This document shows positions 1-12,085 of a DNA stretch of 64,000 bases, one piece after another. The DNA comes from Leucoraja erinacea. Taxonomy: Eukaryota. A program made the translations under genes and the position numbers. Where the stretch lies: positions 30,256,001 through 30,320,000 of the forward strand of contig NC_073399.1 of assembly GCF_028641065.1 (NCBI RefSeq), written 5' to 3'. Every line of letters starts with the position of its first letter. Positions within the stretch are counted from its first letter, which is position 1. The notes below the pieces were generated by a model. That model saw nothing but the letters and a program-made list of their open reading frames with translations. It had not been told where the DNA came from and did not search any database.

Positions 1-1213
1 GCTATAAATTTGTATATTTTTTACATTTTCTTATGAAAATAATTCTGAACAATTCCATAGAATATTTATAATGTAACAATGAACACAAGCTATTTGGGAT
101 TGGGTGATGTGGTGGATTAAAATGATAAATTTTCAGTTGCGCTTAGATGGAGATTAGATGTTGTAAATTAATTATTGTAAGTACCTCATGGTCAAGAGAT
201 TAGGTCATTCTCCTTATGTTATTGTATGAAAATAGGCCAGGGTACAATTCGGCAAGTGGCAGAGAAAATTAAGCTGCTTTTGGAGACAAACATGGTCTTT
301 TAAGGCTGGTTTTCAGGTCTATTTCTGGGACAGTGTAGGTGGTAGCTTCACCTGCACTTAATTACACCATACCTCTGAATTCTCTACTCCATTACTTCTG
401 CACAAGTTCAACAAGCTCAACATTTAGAAAAATACTTTCATCAAAATAATTCTTGAATAAACTTTGTCACAGTTAATAATCCAATATATTTGATTCCGTA
501 TTGTCTAAGAAAAGGAACTTTTCCATCACAGAAAAAGCTACCAAGACAAAGGACATCCGGTGTTTGTGAACATTTTTGACAAGACATGAATAGGACTCGT
601 GAATAAAACTGATCTGCAAAATACATGGATAGGCAACCCATCCCAACCCCGAGATGTCACCTATCTACATCCTCCTGAAGTGCTGACTGGCCCGCTGATT
701 TATTCCAGCACTTTGATTTTTTTTTGTAAACTGGCATCTGCAGTTCCTTTTGTCTGTAAGATAGCATGTACATCTCTCATACAAAAACTGGTCCAATTAT
801 GGGAAGCTGTCTAAAAATATATGACCCCTTTCATTGAATGTGATTCTCTGTATGTTTTCTCAATTCTTTGCTTATTTTAAAGATGTTTTTTCCATTATCT
901 ATTTTGATTTTTTTTTAAACAAGAGCAATTTTTTGAATAGTTCTTTTGAAGTCTTCTGATTTCCCTTTTAAAGAGCAACAATTGCCATCTATTCTGTGTA
1001 ATATAACTTACATAGATTTATTACCTACATTGTTGTAGCTCACAACTTCGCTCAAATGGAAAATCAAGGCTTTTGAGTTCCAAATGGACTTTCCACCAAC
1101 TCTTAGTCATACTGGAAATTCAAAACTAAACTTTTGGAATATACAAGTTATTCTGTACACACTGAAAACACAGCTGGGCACCAACAGCGACTGGTTGAAC
1201 AAGCTGATGTTAC

Positions 1214-1602
1214 CTGTATGGAGGTCTTCGCTTTTCCCCTGCAAACTGGAATAAATCATCCTTGAAATAGTTTGGCACTTCATAATCTTCCAGGAGTTTC
1301 TGCCTTTTTGGATGCTCCCCATAGCTACTGTCAAAAATGTACAGAGGACTATCATCTTTTGTTGTTTCCATATAGTCAGCATAATACTTCATCTTCATTT
1401 TAACAGAATAACCATCGTTGTCTTCTCCGCACTTGAACTTCTGATTTCTGTACTTGCGCTTTAATCGCTCAAGTGTCCACTTTTCCTGCGCTGCCCATCC
1501 ATGCTCAGCATTTACCAGCACCACAGGCTTATATGGTTTCTCATACTTCTCAATAAAGTTTGCCACAGTCGTTTCCAGAGCATCTATCCTTTCCACATTA
1601 TC
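1214..1602 (-). CDS. JMJD6: JMJD6 coding exon 2 (JmjC-domain oxygenase); gene continues beyond the left edge
   Basis: [10 protein letters not shown]...[20 protein letters not shown]...[15 protein letters not shown]...RRPPYR matches vertebrate JMJD6; AG acceptor at 1604-1603, GT donor at 1213-1212; 389 nt. Confidence 0.97.
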
Positions 1603-2003
1603 CTTAAACAAAAGAGAAGCACAAAATAAGTTGATTTTGTAACTCCAGCAATTAGAAAATACAGATTAGGAACGACAATGGGTCATTATAAGTATTTCTT
1701 AAGTACATAGATAAGAATGGTTTAGAGGGATATGGGCTAAATGCAGACAGGTGGGACTAATGTAGATGGGCCATCTTGATCAGCAAGAGCAAGTTGGGCC
1801 AAGGGGCCTGTTTCCATCCTGTATATTTCTGTTCCGTTAATCAAACATTATAAAAAAGATGGCTTTCTTATGTTTTGATCATACCAACAGCTACCGATGA
1901 AAACATTCATGAAATAATTATTCTACCATAGGTTTAAAAAATTGTGCTAAAATAATACTACTTTATCCTCCTCACATGCTGATAGAGGGGATCATGACAG
2001 AAG

Positions 2004-2322
2004 ACTCCTCGTAACGATCCCTGGAAGCAACGACGCGATGCACTCTGACGCGTTGGGCGACAATTCTGTCAATACGTTGGACGACTACAGAAGCCAACAG
2101 CGAGCTACATCGTCTGACACACGAGCGAACGAACGAATGCTGACAGAGAATACTTTGGATAACCCAACGCTTTTCCGATGCAAACAGTGCCATAAATGTA
2201 CTACCTTGCGCCTCCCTACAATTCCAACCAGTGTAACTACTGGTGGCATATGGTGACTGCCATTCTTCCCACGATTGACTATTTGACTCATTCCTCTCGT
2301 TCATTCACTTGCAATTAAAACC
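2004..2322 (+). other. Unidentified CpG-rich insertion flanked by an 11-bp direct repeat
   Basis: CATGACAGAAG at 1993-2003 and 2323-2333; ORF tail with CxxCxxC; ATTAAA near the 3' end. Confidence 0.6.
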
Positions 2323-2642
2323 CATGACAGAAGCTCACAATTTCGAATGAGAATTAATGTCTCATTCCGAACTCTACAGCTGTCTAGACTCCTTCCCCAC
2401 ACTCGTTCTGTCCTTGTGGACACTTGGAACTGTGGATGCTGGTGTACAAAAAAAGATAAGTGCCGGGGTAATTCAGTGGGTCAGGTAGCATCTCTGGAGA
2501 AATCCCCCTACTCACCTTTCACTCCATCAGCCATTGCATATAATCCTCCAAAATTTTCTCCACCTCCAACGGGATCCCACCACTAGTCACGTCTTTACAT
2601 CTCCACCCCTTTCCGCAGAGATCATTCCCTCCCCAACTGGTA

Positions 2643-3660
2643 TACGTGGGGGTGCCATCGTGTATGGCTGCCCTGCCAGCAGCTGTTAGTCCTTTCACCC
2701 TTTTTAAAAGATTTTTGTGAGTTAAAAGTGTTTGTTTTGGAGGTCTTCTAGACTTTCTATATTTAAGCTATATCTATATCTATTTAGCTATATTTAAGAG
2801 GGAGTTAGATGTGGCCCTTGTGGCTAAGGGGATCAGAGGGTATGGAGAGAAGGCAGGTACGGGATACTGAGTTGGATGATCAGCTATGATCATATTGAAT
2901 GGCGGTGCAGGCTCGAAGGGCCGAATGGCCTACTCCTGCACCTAAATTCTATGTTTCTATGTGGGGGATGGGGGGAAACTATTTTTCTCAGTCCCTAACT
3001 GGTCGGAGATGCGGCTTTTCTCCGAGCCGTATTTTCGCCCCCCCCTCGCGGCCTACCAACAGACTGGAGCGGCGTTTTCCTGCCAGGAGTGGCCAGAACT
3101 TCAGCTTCGGCGGTGGCGCAGCGCTGAGGAACCACCACGGAGCGGGGCGATGCCTTACCCGGGTCGCCGTACGGTGGGCTCCGGAGTGCTGTGACAGCCG
3201 ACTCCAACTGAGGAGCGTCCAGCTGCGGGGCGGCGCTGAACTTTAAACACTGCGGAGCCTGAGATCTCTTGCCAAGATCGCCAGTGTTGGAGCTCCGACC
3301 AGTGCGGACCGTGGGCTTCGGGAGCAGCCGTCTCCGGGGAGGAAGTGGCTGCTCCAGACACTCCGAGCCACTGAGAATGTTCTTCCGACGCCGGAGCTCC
3401 ATCATCCGACGAGAGGGCTTGAAGCATTGGGCTGCCATAGCGGCGACTGCGAAGGCCTCAATAGGCCCGACTATGGGTGAACAGGGGATGGGACTGGACT
3501 TTGCTGCCTTCCCTCACAGTGGGAACCATTGTGGGGGGTGTTTTTCTATGTTTATTGTTAAATTCTTTAATGTTGTGTCTTATCTTTATTCGTGTGCTGC
3601 AATGGCAAGTCAAATTTCACTACACGAATTAGTGTATGTGATAATAAATCTCCTTTGTAT
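2643..3660 (+). mobile_element. GC-rich non-autonomous retroelement interrupted by a CR1 3' end (~2760-2958)
   Basis: Shares head (GCCA...ATGGC) and GGAGATGCGGCTTTT motif with the minus copy at ~32000-32615; nested CR1 tail flanked by ttctat. Confidence 0.55.
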
Positions 3661-5064
3661 CCTATTGAGAACTGCAGTGTTCAATTACAAATAATTGCTT
3701 TTACAAATGATGTTGCTTTTTCCATAACTAGTTACAGGCTACAGGGCAGAATGTGGCATTCTAGAGAGGGAAACTGATTGAAAACCCTGACTTGGTAGCT
3801 TGAAGAGATGAGTGAGAGGCCCAAAAGTACCGAACTGAAGTATGGAAATAGAAGTGATTCTAAATAAGTTTGATTCTTTTAAAACTAAGCTTGATCTGAA
3901 CAGATTGTGAAGCTGTGTTACAGTAATTATCAAAATAGTTTTGCAGTTCAAGTATTTCATATACAATTGGATAAGCTGAAGAAGGGTCTCGACCCAAAGC
4001 CATCAACTATTCCTTTTTCCCCCAGATATGCTGTCTGACCCACTGAGTTACTCCATCTTTTTGTGTCTATCTTTGGACAAGCTGACAGTTGGAGAGTAAG
4101 TTTGTATATGATAAATCCATTCTACGTGTCTCGCAGATCTTGTTTCAATCATAACTATATTTAGGCATGCTTAAAGTTTGGTATTCTGGAAGAGGCTGTC
4201 AACAGTCCCACAGCGTACTCTTCAAGGTAGAACGGTTCCTTGATTTGGAACACAAACTCTTTGCAGTAAGTACTCACTCTGGGCCCCAACTGATACTGTA
4301 GAGTCAAACTAGGTGTCTGAGAAAACTCTGATCTTGGTAAGCAATCTACTACGGCACACTATCTTGAAACGTGTTGTGGAAATAACATAATCCGCCAAAA
4401 CAATCATTTTTTACTGAACACTGAAAGTACCACCTTTGCCTCTCCACTGGAATTCTCTTTTCAATGAAACAATTTATTCTCACAAGGCATGTGCTCACTA
4501 ACTCCAATTCTTTATGTTATTGCAAAACCCCACCTCCTCTCTTTCGAATGACTCATTGAGAATCACCTCAGGATGAACTGCTCCAAAATTTGTCCCGCCT
4601 CACACCAACCGAGCTGTTTAAATTAGTTTGTTGTCACATGTACCGAGGTACAGGTAAGGCTTTTTTGTTGTGTGCTATCCCGTCAGCGAAAAGATTGTAC
4701 ATGATTACAATCAAGCCTTCCACAGTGTTCACATGCAGGATAAAGGAAATAATGTTCAATGCAAGATAAAGTCAAGTAAAGTCCGATTCAAGTTAGTCTG
4801 AGGGTCTCCAATGAGGTTGATTGGAGGTCAGCTCTGTGGTTGGTGATTGGATGGTTCAGCTGTCTGATAACAGCTTGGAAGAACCTATCCCTGAATCTGG
4901 ATGTATGCATTTTCACACATCTGTTTGTCTGATGGGAGAGGGAAGAAGAGGGAGTTTTGGGGATAAGACTCGTCCTTGAATTTGCTTGCCAAGGCAGCGT
5001 GAAATGTAGATGGAGTGAAAGGAAGGTTGATTTGCTTGATGGAGCTGTTCCCAAATGATGCATC

Positions 5065-5300
5065 CTGATGCGCCAGACACCCGGGTTCGATCCTGACAAT
5101 GAGTGCTGTCTGTACGGAGTTTGTACATTCTCCTTGTGACTGCACGGGTTTTCTCGTGCTCCAGTATCCTCACACTTTCCAAAGACATGCGGATTTGTAG
5201 GTTAACTGGTTTCTGTCCCTAGTGTGTAAGATACAACTAGTGTATGGGTTGGTGTGGACTCGGTGAGCCAAAATGTATGTTTCCATATTTTATCTCTAAA
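5065..5300 (+). mobile_element. tRNA-derived SINE (HE1/V-SINE-like), within a Rex1-type 3' fragment
   Basis: B-box GGTTCGATCC then gctgtctgtacggagtttgtac...; related copies at ~37830-38060(-), 44100-44375(-), 51895-52610, 56655-56975, 63685-63960. Confidence 0.75.
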
Positions 5301-6192
5301 TTAATCAAAACATGCCAAACTTCCTACATCTTCGAAGGAAGTAGAGTCTCTGGTGTGCTTTCTTAGCCATTGCTTCAAATGTTAAATCCTTCCATCAAAA
5401 AAGGTCCTCAACCACCCATTCCCTCCACTACTACTTCCTACCTCCTCTACTTTCCATAACCTCCCCACTTCCTTCCTTCACCCTAGAAACACTCCACCCT
5501 TCTGCTACCAACCCATCCCCCCTCACATGTGCGAAAACATGGCTCACCCTAGCCATCCCTTCTTCCTCCCGCTCCCATCTGGCAGAAGTGACAGATCTCT
5601 GAAAGCGCACATGGCCAGACTCAGGAACAGCTTTTGTCATCGGGCTTCTGAAATGTCCTTCCATAAGCTAAGATGTTGACCATTTCTCCTCTCTCCCAGT
5701 GCGACATTGGACTCTATGTCTATGGAACTGATGCGCTACAATATTGAGAACTATATTCCGTGCTCTACATCTTCCTCTTTGTTCCACCCATTGTACTAGA
5801 GTTTAGCTTGATTCGATTTATGTATAGTATTGTTTGATGAGACAGCATGCAAAATAAAGCCTTTCACTGTACCTGCCCTCCAACCGCCACCTCCCCCACC
5901 CACTCCCCTACCACCCTCGACCCCCTTTCCCCAATTCTCCCACCCTCAATCCCTCCCTCTCCTCCCAACCAATCCACTTTCCTCCCACCCCCAATACCTC
6001 CTCCCCTCATCTCCCGTCACCGCATCTCAGCAGCAGACCACACCTCCCTCCCCACACTCACACCTCCACCCTCAAGTCTCCACCGTTGCCCCGGGCCAAT
6101 TGCGTACGTGCCGAAGCAGGGAGTGAGCCTACTCCAGGCCTACTCCAGCCTACTCCAGGCCTACTCCACCGCAGCCAGGTAATGCTGCCTAC

Positions 6193-6321
6193 CGTGACCG
6201 TGCTCAAGGCCAGCGAGAAAGTTTGATGGTAGTTGTGCTTCGTCCAGTCAAACGAGTCCCTCAGCTCGGGCCGGGCGCTGCGCTTCGCCTCTTTGATTCG
6301 CTTTTTAGTTTTGTGATTCAT
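6193..6321 (-). CDS. JMJD6: JMJD6 coding exon 1
   Basis: [31 protein letters not shown]..., ATG at 6321, 129 nt, donor GTAGGC at 6192, in phase with exon 2. Confidence 0.96.
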
Positions 6322-6645
6322 TTCCTGCCGTTTAGTGAGCAGGCCGCGGCCCCTCTCCCCCGCTTCCTCCGGCCTACCGGCCCGCCGACAGCACCCTATC
6401 CCCCTGTCCCCCTGCCCTCCTCTCCACCACCGCCGCCGCCGCCGCCGCCACTCAGCGCACGTTAGCGGCTTTCCAGAATCTTCATCCCCCCACACCCGCA
6501 CCGGCCAGAAGTCCCACCCTCCCTCGCTGACCATTGGCCGCCTGCTGGTGGTCGGACGCAGGTGATTGGCCCCGTGTGGTGTCTGTCTTGTGTCCCAGCC
6601 CCCTCCTGTACGTGCTGACGTCAACGGGTGTGACGGGAGGACGTG
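6322..6645. promoter_or_regulatory. Bidirectional CpG-rich promoter/5'UTRs of JMJD6 and METTL23
   Basis: Divergent ATGs 325 bp apart; ATTGG (CCAAT) boxes at 6533 and 6565; TACGTG at 6609; palindromic CRE TGACGTCA at 6616-6623; high CpG. Confidence 0.85.
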
Positions 6646-6738
6646 ATGAGCGGCGGGCGGCGGGCAGACGGTAGACGGTTCGTGTTCGGTGTCGCCGCCG
6701 GCGTTGGGTCCGGGTCGCTGGAGGTCCTTGTCCCCGAG
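6646..6738 (+). CDS. METTL23: METTL23 coding exon 1
   Basis: [15 protein letters not shown]...LEVLVPE then GAG|GTTGGC donor; phase 0 joins exon 2 to give [14 protein letters not shown], like the N-terminally extended vertebrate form. Confidence 0.8.
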
Positions 6739-7567
6739 GTTGGCTCTGCCTGTGGCATCTAGGGATGGCGGGCGGGGGAGAGAGGGAGTGGGATGTTACC
6801 GGCCGCTTCCCTCTCAGCGGAGAACGGCCTCGGATACGTGAAGCGTTGTGAAGAGATGGTCAGGGCGGGAACTCACACACAACAGCAGAGCTCACACCTA
6901 ACATAATAAGCGAGTTCGGTATTCCGAAAAAAACAAGGAATCTTGGGCTTTGTCAAAGGTCATTCACCATAAAGAAAAAGAAAACAATGCCCTGGCTGAA
7001 GAAACTATAAATTCATATCTTTATTTATAATTTATGTAAAATATATTTCATCTGAGGAACCGGGTCATGTTATAGGAAAATAAATAACAAAGATAATAGT
7101 TTCTGAGTCGAGTTTCACTATTCTGCTAATTTCAAGGCAATGGAATTCTTCAGCCTCATCTATGAATACGAATGAGCAATGGGATTCTCGCTTCCAGAGA
7201 GACTCCCATAAATGGTCAACTCCTCAACCCTCCGAAGGAACAGGTAGCAGGAGAGCGGGATGTAACAGAGATAGAAGGGGGGCAGGTGCGAGTGGGAGAC
7301 GGGAGAACGCGCATACAGACCCATGTCGGCCAACACGCCCCCACCCCCCCCCCCCGCCAGCAAAAGCCGAGCACCACTCAAAGAGGATACACATAAAGCG
7401 CCGCAGCAACTCAGCTGCCTCTTCCCCGCGCCGACTGCAAGCCTGACCCGACACCTCCGGCCGCCCAGGAGGGGACAGGGACGGCCCAAGAGCAACTCAA
7501 CCCCACCAAGGACAAGCACGATCTAGCTCATTCACCAAAGCATAAAGCAATAAAAACGACAAAATAA

Positions 7568-8880
7568 TAGACAATAGGTGCAGGAGTAGACCATTCGCCC
7601 CTTCGAGCCAGCACCGCCATTCAATGCGATCATGGCTGATCATTCCTGTCTTCTCCCCATATCCCCAGACTCCGCTACTTTTAAGAGCCCTATCTAGCTC
7701 TCTCTTGAGAGCATCCAGAGAACCTGCCATCACCGCCCTCTGAGGCACAGACTCACCACTCTCTGAGAGAAAAAGTGTTTCCTCGTCTCTGTTCTAAATG
7801 GCTTACTCCTTATTCTTAAACTGTGGCCCCTGGTTCTGGTCTCCCCCAACATCAGGACCACGTTTCCTGCCTCTAGCGTGTCCGAGCCCTTAACAATCTT
7901 ATATGTTTCAATGAGATCCCTCTCATCATTCTAAATCCCAGAGTGTACAAGCCCAAATGCTCCATTCTCTCAGCATATGACAGTCATGCCATCCTGGGAA
8001 TTAACCTTGTAAACCTACACTGCACTCCCTCAATAGCAAGAATGTCCTTCCTCAAATTAGGGGACCAAAACTGCATACAATACTCCAGGTGTGGTCTCAC
8101 TAGGGCTCTGTACAACTGCAGAAGGACCTCTTTGCTCCTATATTCGATTCCTCTTGTTATAAAGGTCAACATGCCATTCGCTTACTTCACTGCCTGCTGT
8201 ACCTGCTTGCTTACTTTCATAGACTGATATCCAAGGATCCCCAGATCCCGTTGTACTTCCCCTTTTCCCAACTTGACGCCATTTACATAGTAATCAGCCT
8301 TCCTGTTTGTACTACCAAAGTGGATAGCCTCACATTTATCTGCATTAAACTTCATCTGCCATGCATCTGCCCACTCCCCCAACCTATCCATGTCACCCTG
8401 CATTCTCGTAGCATCCTCCTCACAGTTCACACTGCCACCCAGCTTTGTGCCATTTGCAAATTTGCTAATGTTACTTTGAATCCCTTCCTGCAAATCATTG
8501 ATGTATATTGTAAATAGCTGCAGTCCCAGCACCGAGCCTTGCGGTACCCCACTAGTCACTGTCTGCCATTCTGAAAGGGACCCGTTAATCCCTACTCTTT
8601 GTTTCCTGTCTGCCAACCACTTCTCCATCCATGTCAGCACTCTACCCCCAATACCATGTGCCCTAATTTTGCCCACTAATCTCCTGTGCGGGACTTTATC
8701 AAATGCTTTCTGAAAGTCCAGGTACACTACATCCACTGGCTCTCCTTTGCCCATTTTCCTAGTTACATCTTCAAAAAATTCCAGAAGATTAGTCGAGCAT
8801 GATTTCCCCTTCGTAAACCCATGCTGACTTGGACCGATCCTGTTACTGCTATCCAAATGTTCGGCTATCTCATCTTTTAT
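7568..8880 (-). mobile_element. CR1/HER1-type LINE, 5'-truncated (RT + 3' tail)
   Basis: QHGFTKGKSC...VYLDFQKAFDKVPH...GVPQGSVLG...; tail ggctcgaagggc...ctactcctgcacctattgtctat. Confidence 0.95.
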
Positions 8881-9498
8881 CTAAGCTTTTACCAAAGGAA
8901 CAATAAATACAACTAATTCATAATTTGCAAGCAGTATTTTCTTGCCTAGAAGAATCAAAGCTGGAAAAAACAGAAGAAATTAAGGTGTAAATGTACACAG
9001 CTCCACTGCTTTCCAGCAATGTTTGTGCAGTGGCCTTTGACCTGGGCACGCGCAGTCAGAATACCGAACTCACTTATACATGCACATGGCGCTCACATAC
9101 ACATCAGACTTTCCACCCACATTAGTTCATACTGCAGCGCTCACATCTAACACATGCACGTGGCGCTCACACATCAGCATTCACATTCAAACACTTTTAT
9201 AATTTTTTTCCTCATACTCCAATTCTTTGTATACTCCAAATCTGACCAGGTGTGTATCTTCATGACCATTGCCTGTCATTTTTCACCCAAGGTGACAGAT
9301 TGGATGTTCACTCAGTTGGTCTATGTTCCAGAAATCCCTTTACAAATTTTAAACTTTCTACATCTTCAGAATCAAATTTTACAACATTTTACAAAGCATT
9401 CTCTGGGTGTTATCAACATTTGAATGATTAATACTGCGAATTACTTCTATACTTTAATCTTTGAGATATATAATTACACATTCCTTTTGCATCTATAG

Positions 9499-9603
9499 GT
9501 ACTTGATCCTCAATATGGCTTATACATTTGGCCAAGCTCAGTAGTTCTGGCGCAATATGTGTGGTTTTACAAAAACGCTGTAAAAGGAAAGACCATTTTA
9601 GAG
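9499..9603 (+). CDS. METTL23: METTL23 coding exon 2
   Basis: VLDPQYGLYIWPSSVVLAQYVWFYKNAVKGKTILE; tatag| acceptor, |gtaaaa donor. Confidence 0.93.
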
Positions 9604-9989
9604 GTAAAACAGATGAATAATCAAAATCAATAGTCAAAAGTAGATGCTGCCTGACCTGCTGAATATTTCCAACATTGTTTTTATACAATGTAATTTAATT
9701 TGATAATGCAGCAAATTTGAATTCATAGACCTTGGATATGTTCATTAAATATAGAACTGGTGAGGAAAAATAAGTGACCTCTGGTGAAAACCAAACTGCT
9801 TTCTTAAGAGTAAAGTGTGAACTTTTGAAGTTTCTGCTAAGTTTAGCTAAATTGATTATGATCTGTTTAAGAAATCAAAGTAAATGTTGTTTTCATTAAG
9901 AGCTATCAATTGCAGGGAGGTGGGCATCATGGTGAAGAAAGCAACAAGCTAACCATTCAGAGGCATAGGTATTGAGCATAAGAGATTGG

Positions 9990-11875
9990 ACATGTTTAAT
10001 TTGTCCTTCTCAACTTGTACCCTCCCTTCCGCATGGAAGTGTGCCAATGTTACTCCACTGCATAAGGGAGGCGACCCACACGATATTAACAATTACCGCC
10101 CCATCTCAATTGTCAACTCGGTAGCTAAAATCCTCGAGAAACTAGTGTTCAACCAGCTATCACATTATGTCTCAACTTTCAACATTCTAGCTCCATGCCA
10201 GTCTGGGTTCAGACCTAATCACTCCACAACTACAGCTCTGTTAAAACTCACCAGCGATGTGTTCACTGCTTCTGAGGATGGTAAACTCACCGGTACCATC
10301 TTTCTTGATCTAACCAAGGCCTTTGATGTTGTTGACCACTACCTACTGCTTGATAAACTTTACTCTATTGGTCTTTCTCAAAACAATCTACTGTGGTTTA
10401 ACTCATACCTTCATAACAGACGCCAATGCATCACCTTTAATGGAAGTCAATCCAATTCCTTAATTGTTGAGAAGGGGGTCCTGCAAGGTTCGTCTTTGGG
10501 ACCACTCCTTTTCTCTATTTTCATAAACGACCTCCCTAATATCTGTTCTGACTGTCAAATACAACTATATGCCGATGATGCAGTGCTGTGTACATCTAGT
10601 ACTAACAATTCTGAAATTGAAAGAACCCTTCAATCAGATCTTACTTCTGTTCAGAAATGGCTATTATTTAACAAATTAATTTTAAATAAAAATAAATCAT
10701 GCAGTATGTTATTTGGTACCAGACAAGGCCTTGGTAATTCTGTAGATCTGACTATATCATTTAATGAAGGATCACCATTAGAACAAGTATTGAACTTCAA
10801 ATATCTTGGTGGTTGGCTCGACCCAACGCTTTCATTTACGCAGCATAGTGAGACGATTACTAAAAAACTCAGCAGTAATCTAGCTATTCTTTACCGCCAT
10901 ATAAATTGTTTCACCTTTCAGATGAGAAAAATAATTGTCTCTTAATTATTACTACCAACACTGGATTATGCTGATATTGTCTATCAGAATACATTTGATA
11001 CACATCTTCAACCCCTCAATGTAGTTTATAATAGTCTTTGCAGATTTATTTTAAGGTGTCCATATATAACTCACCATTGTTCTATGTACGAAACTCTAAA
11101 CTGGTTATCCCCCCACGCTCGAAGATGCTATCACGGGTTCCAGTTCATCTTTAAATGCATCCATCTCAATTACCCATCTTATTTAAAACAAGACCTATTA
11201 CCATACACACCCTCATATTCACTAAGACATATTCAGCAACCCTTCTTTTTCATTCCAAGAACTAACAAAGAAATTGGGAGACGTGCATTTAAATTCAAAG
11301 CTCCTTCTGACTGGAACACTCTGCCTAGTACCATAAGAACTATTAGCTCATTTTGTCTATTTAAAAATACACTTTTACCCTTCCTTATAAAACCATGTAC
11401 CTGTTTCTAGTATTAGAGTCTTCGAGCTCCTTTATCTAGCTTGCTCTGTGTGTGATCATTTGGCATAACTATTGTATATGCATGGCCATTACACTTATGT
11501 ATTATTGTATTGCATAGTGTAACAAGGTCTTATATTGTATTATGTCACAATATCATGAAATAATATATCATGTAATAATGTTGATAGTATGTATTAACGT
11601 ACGATGTATGATAGGTGGTATATGGTATTATGCATCAACATTATGCTGTAACACATAACTATTGTTATTATTGGATATGTAAAGCCAATTAATAATTGTT
11701 ATAAACTATAACAAGTGGGGATGGAGGGGTTTTGGGATTGGTGTGTGGGAAGGAGGGTCAATGAGAGCCTCTATGTATGTTATGTCTTGTGCTGTATGTT
11801 CTATGTTGGACCCCCTCGAAAACGAGATGACTGTCCATCTCAAGGGGTTATCCATGAATAAACTTGTTTCAACAT
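9990..11875 (+). mobile_element. L2/Crack-like LINE, 5'-truncated, near-intact RT
   Basis: NYRPIS...QSGFR...FLDLTKAFD...QGSSLGPLLF...LYADD; frame continues past stops to 11410; long AT-rich 3'UTR with stem-loop and AATAAA near 11857. Confidence 0.9.
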
Positions 11876-12085
11876 CATTTAATAACTGCAAGGCAAAGAT
11901 CATGTCACACTTGGAATAGTGTGCTATTCTGCTCACTACAATGTAGAAATGATGTGGTGATGCTGAAAATGGGGCTGAAGAGATTCACCAGATTGTTTTC
12001 TGGAATTGAGGGCTTTAGTTATAAGGTATCTTGGTCAAATTGAATACGTTTAATGATGTTTAACTCTGATTCTAATATTCTCCAT

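Noticed and set aside
2643-2700. Possible HDV-like ribozyme at the head of the GC-rich retroelement
   Set aside because: Only a short hairpin is visible; the nested double pseudoknot could not be built.
2899-3694. Overlapping 80-150 aa ORFs on both strands
   Set aside because: Lie in a GC-rich repeat element; no recognisable protein or splice context.
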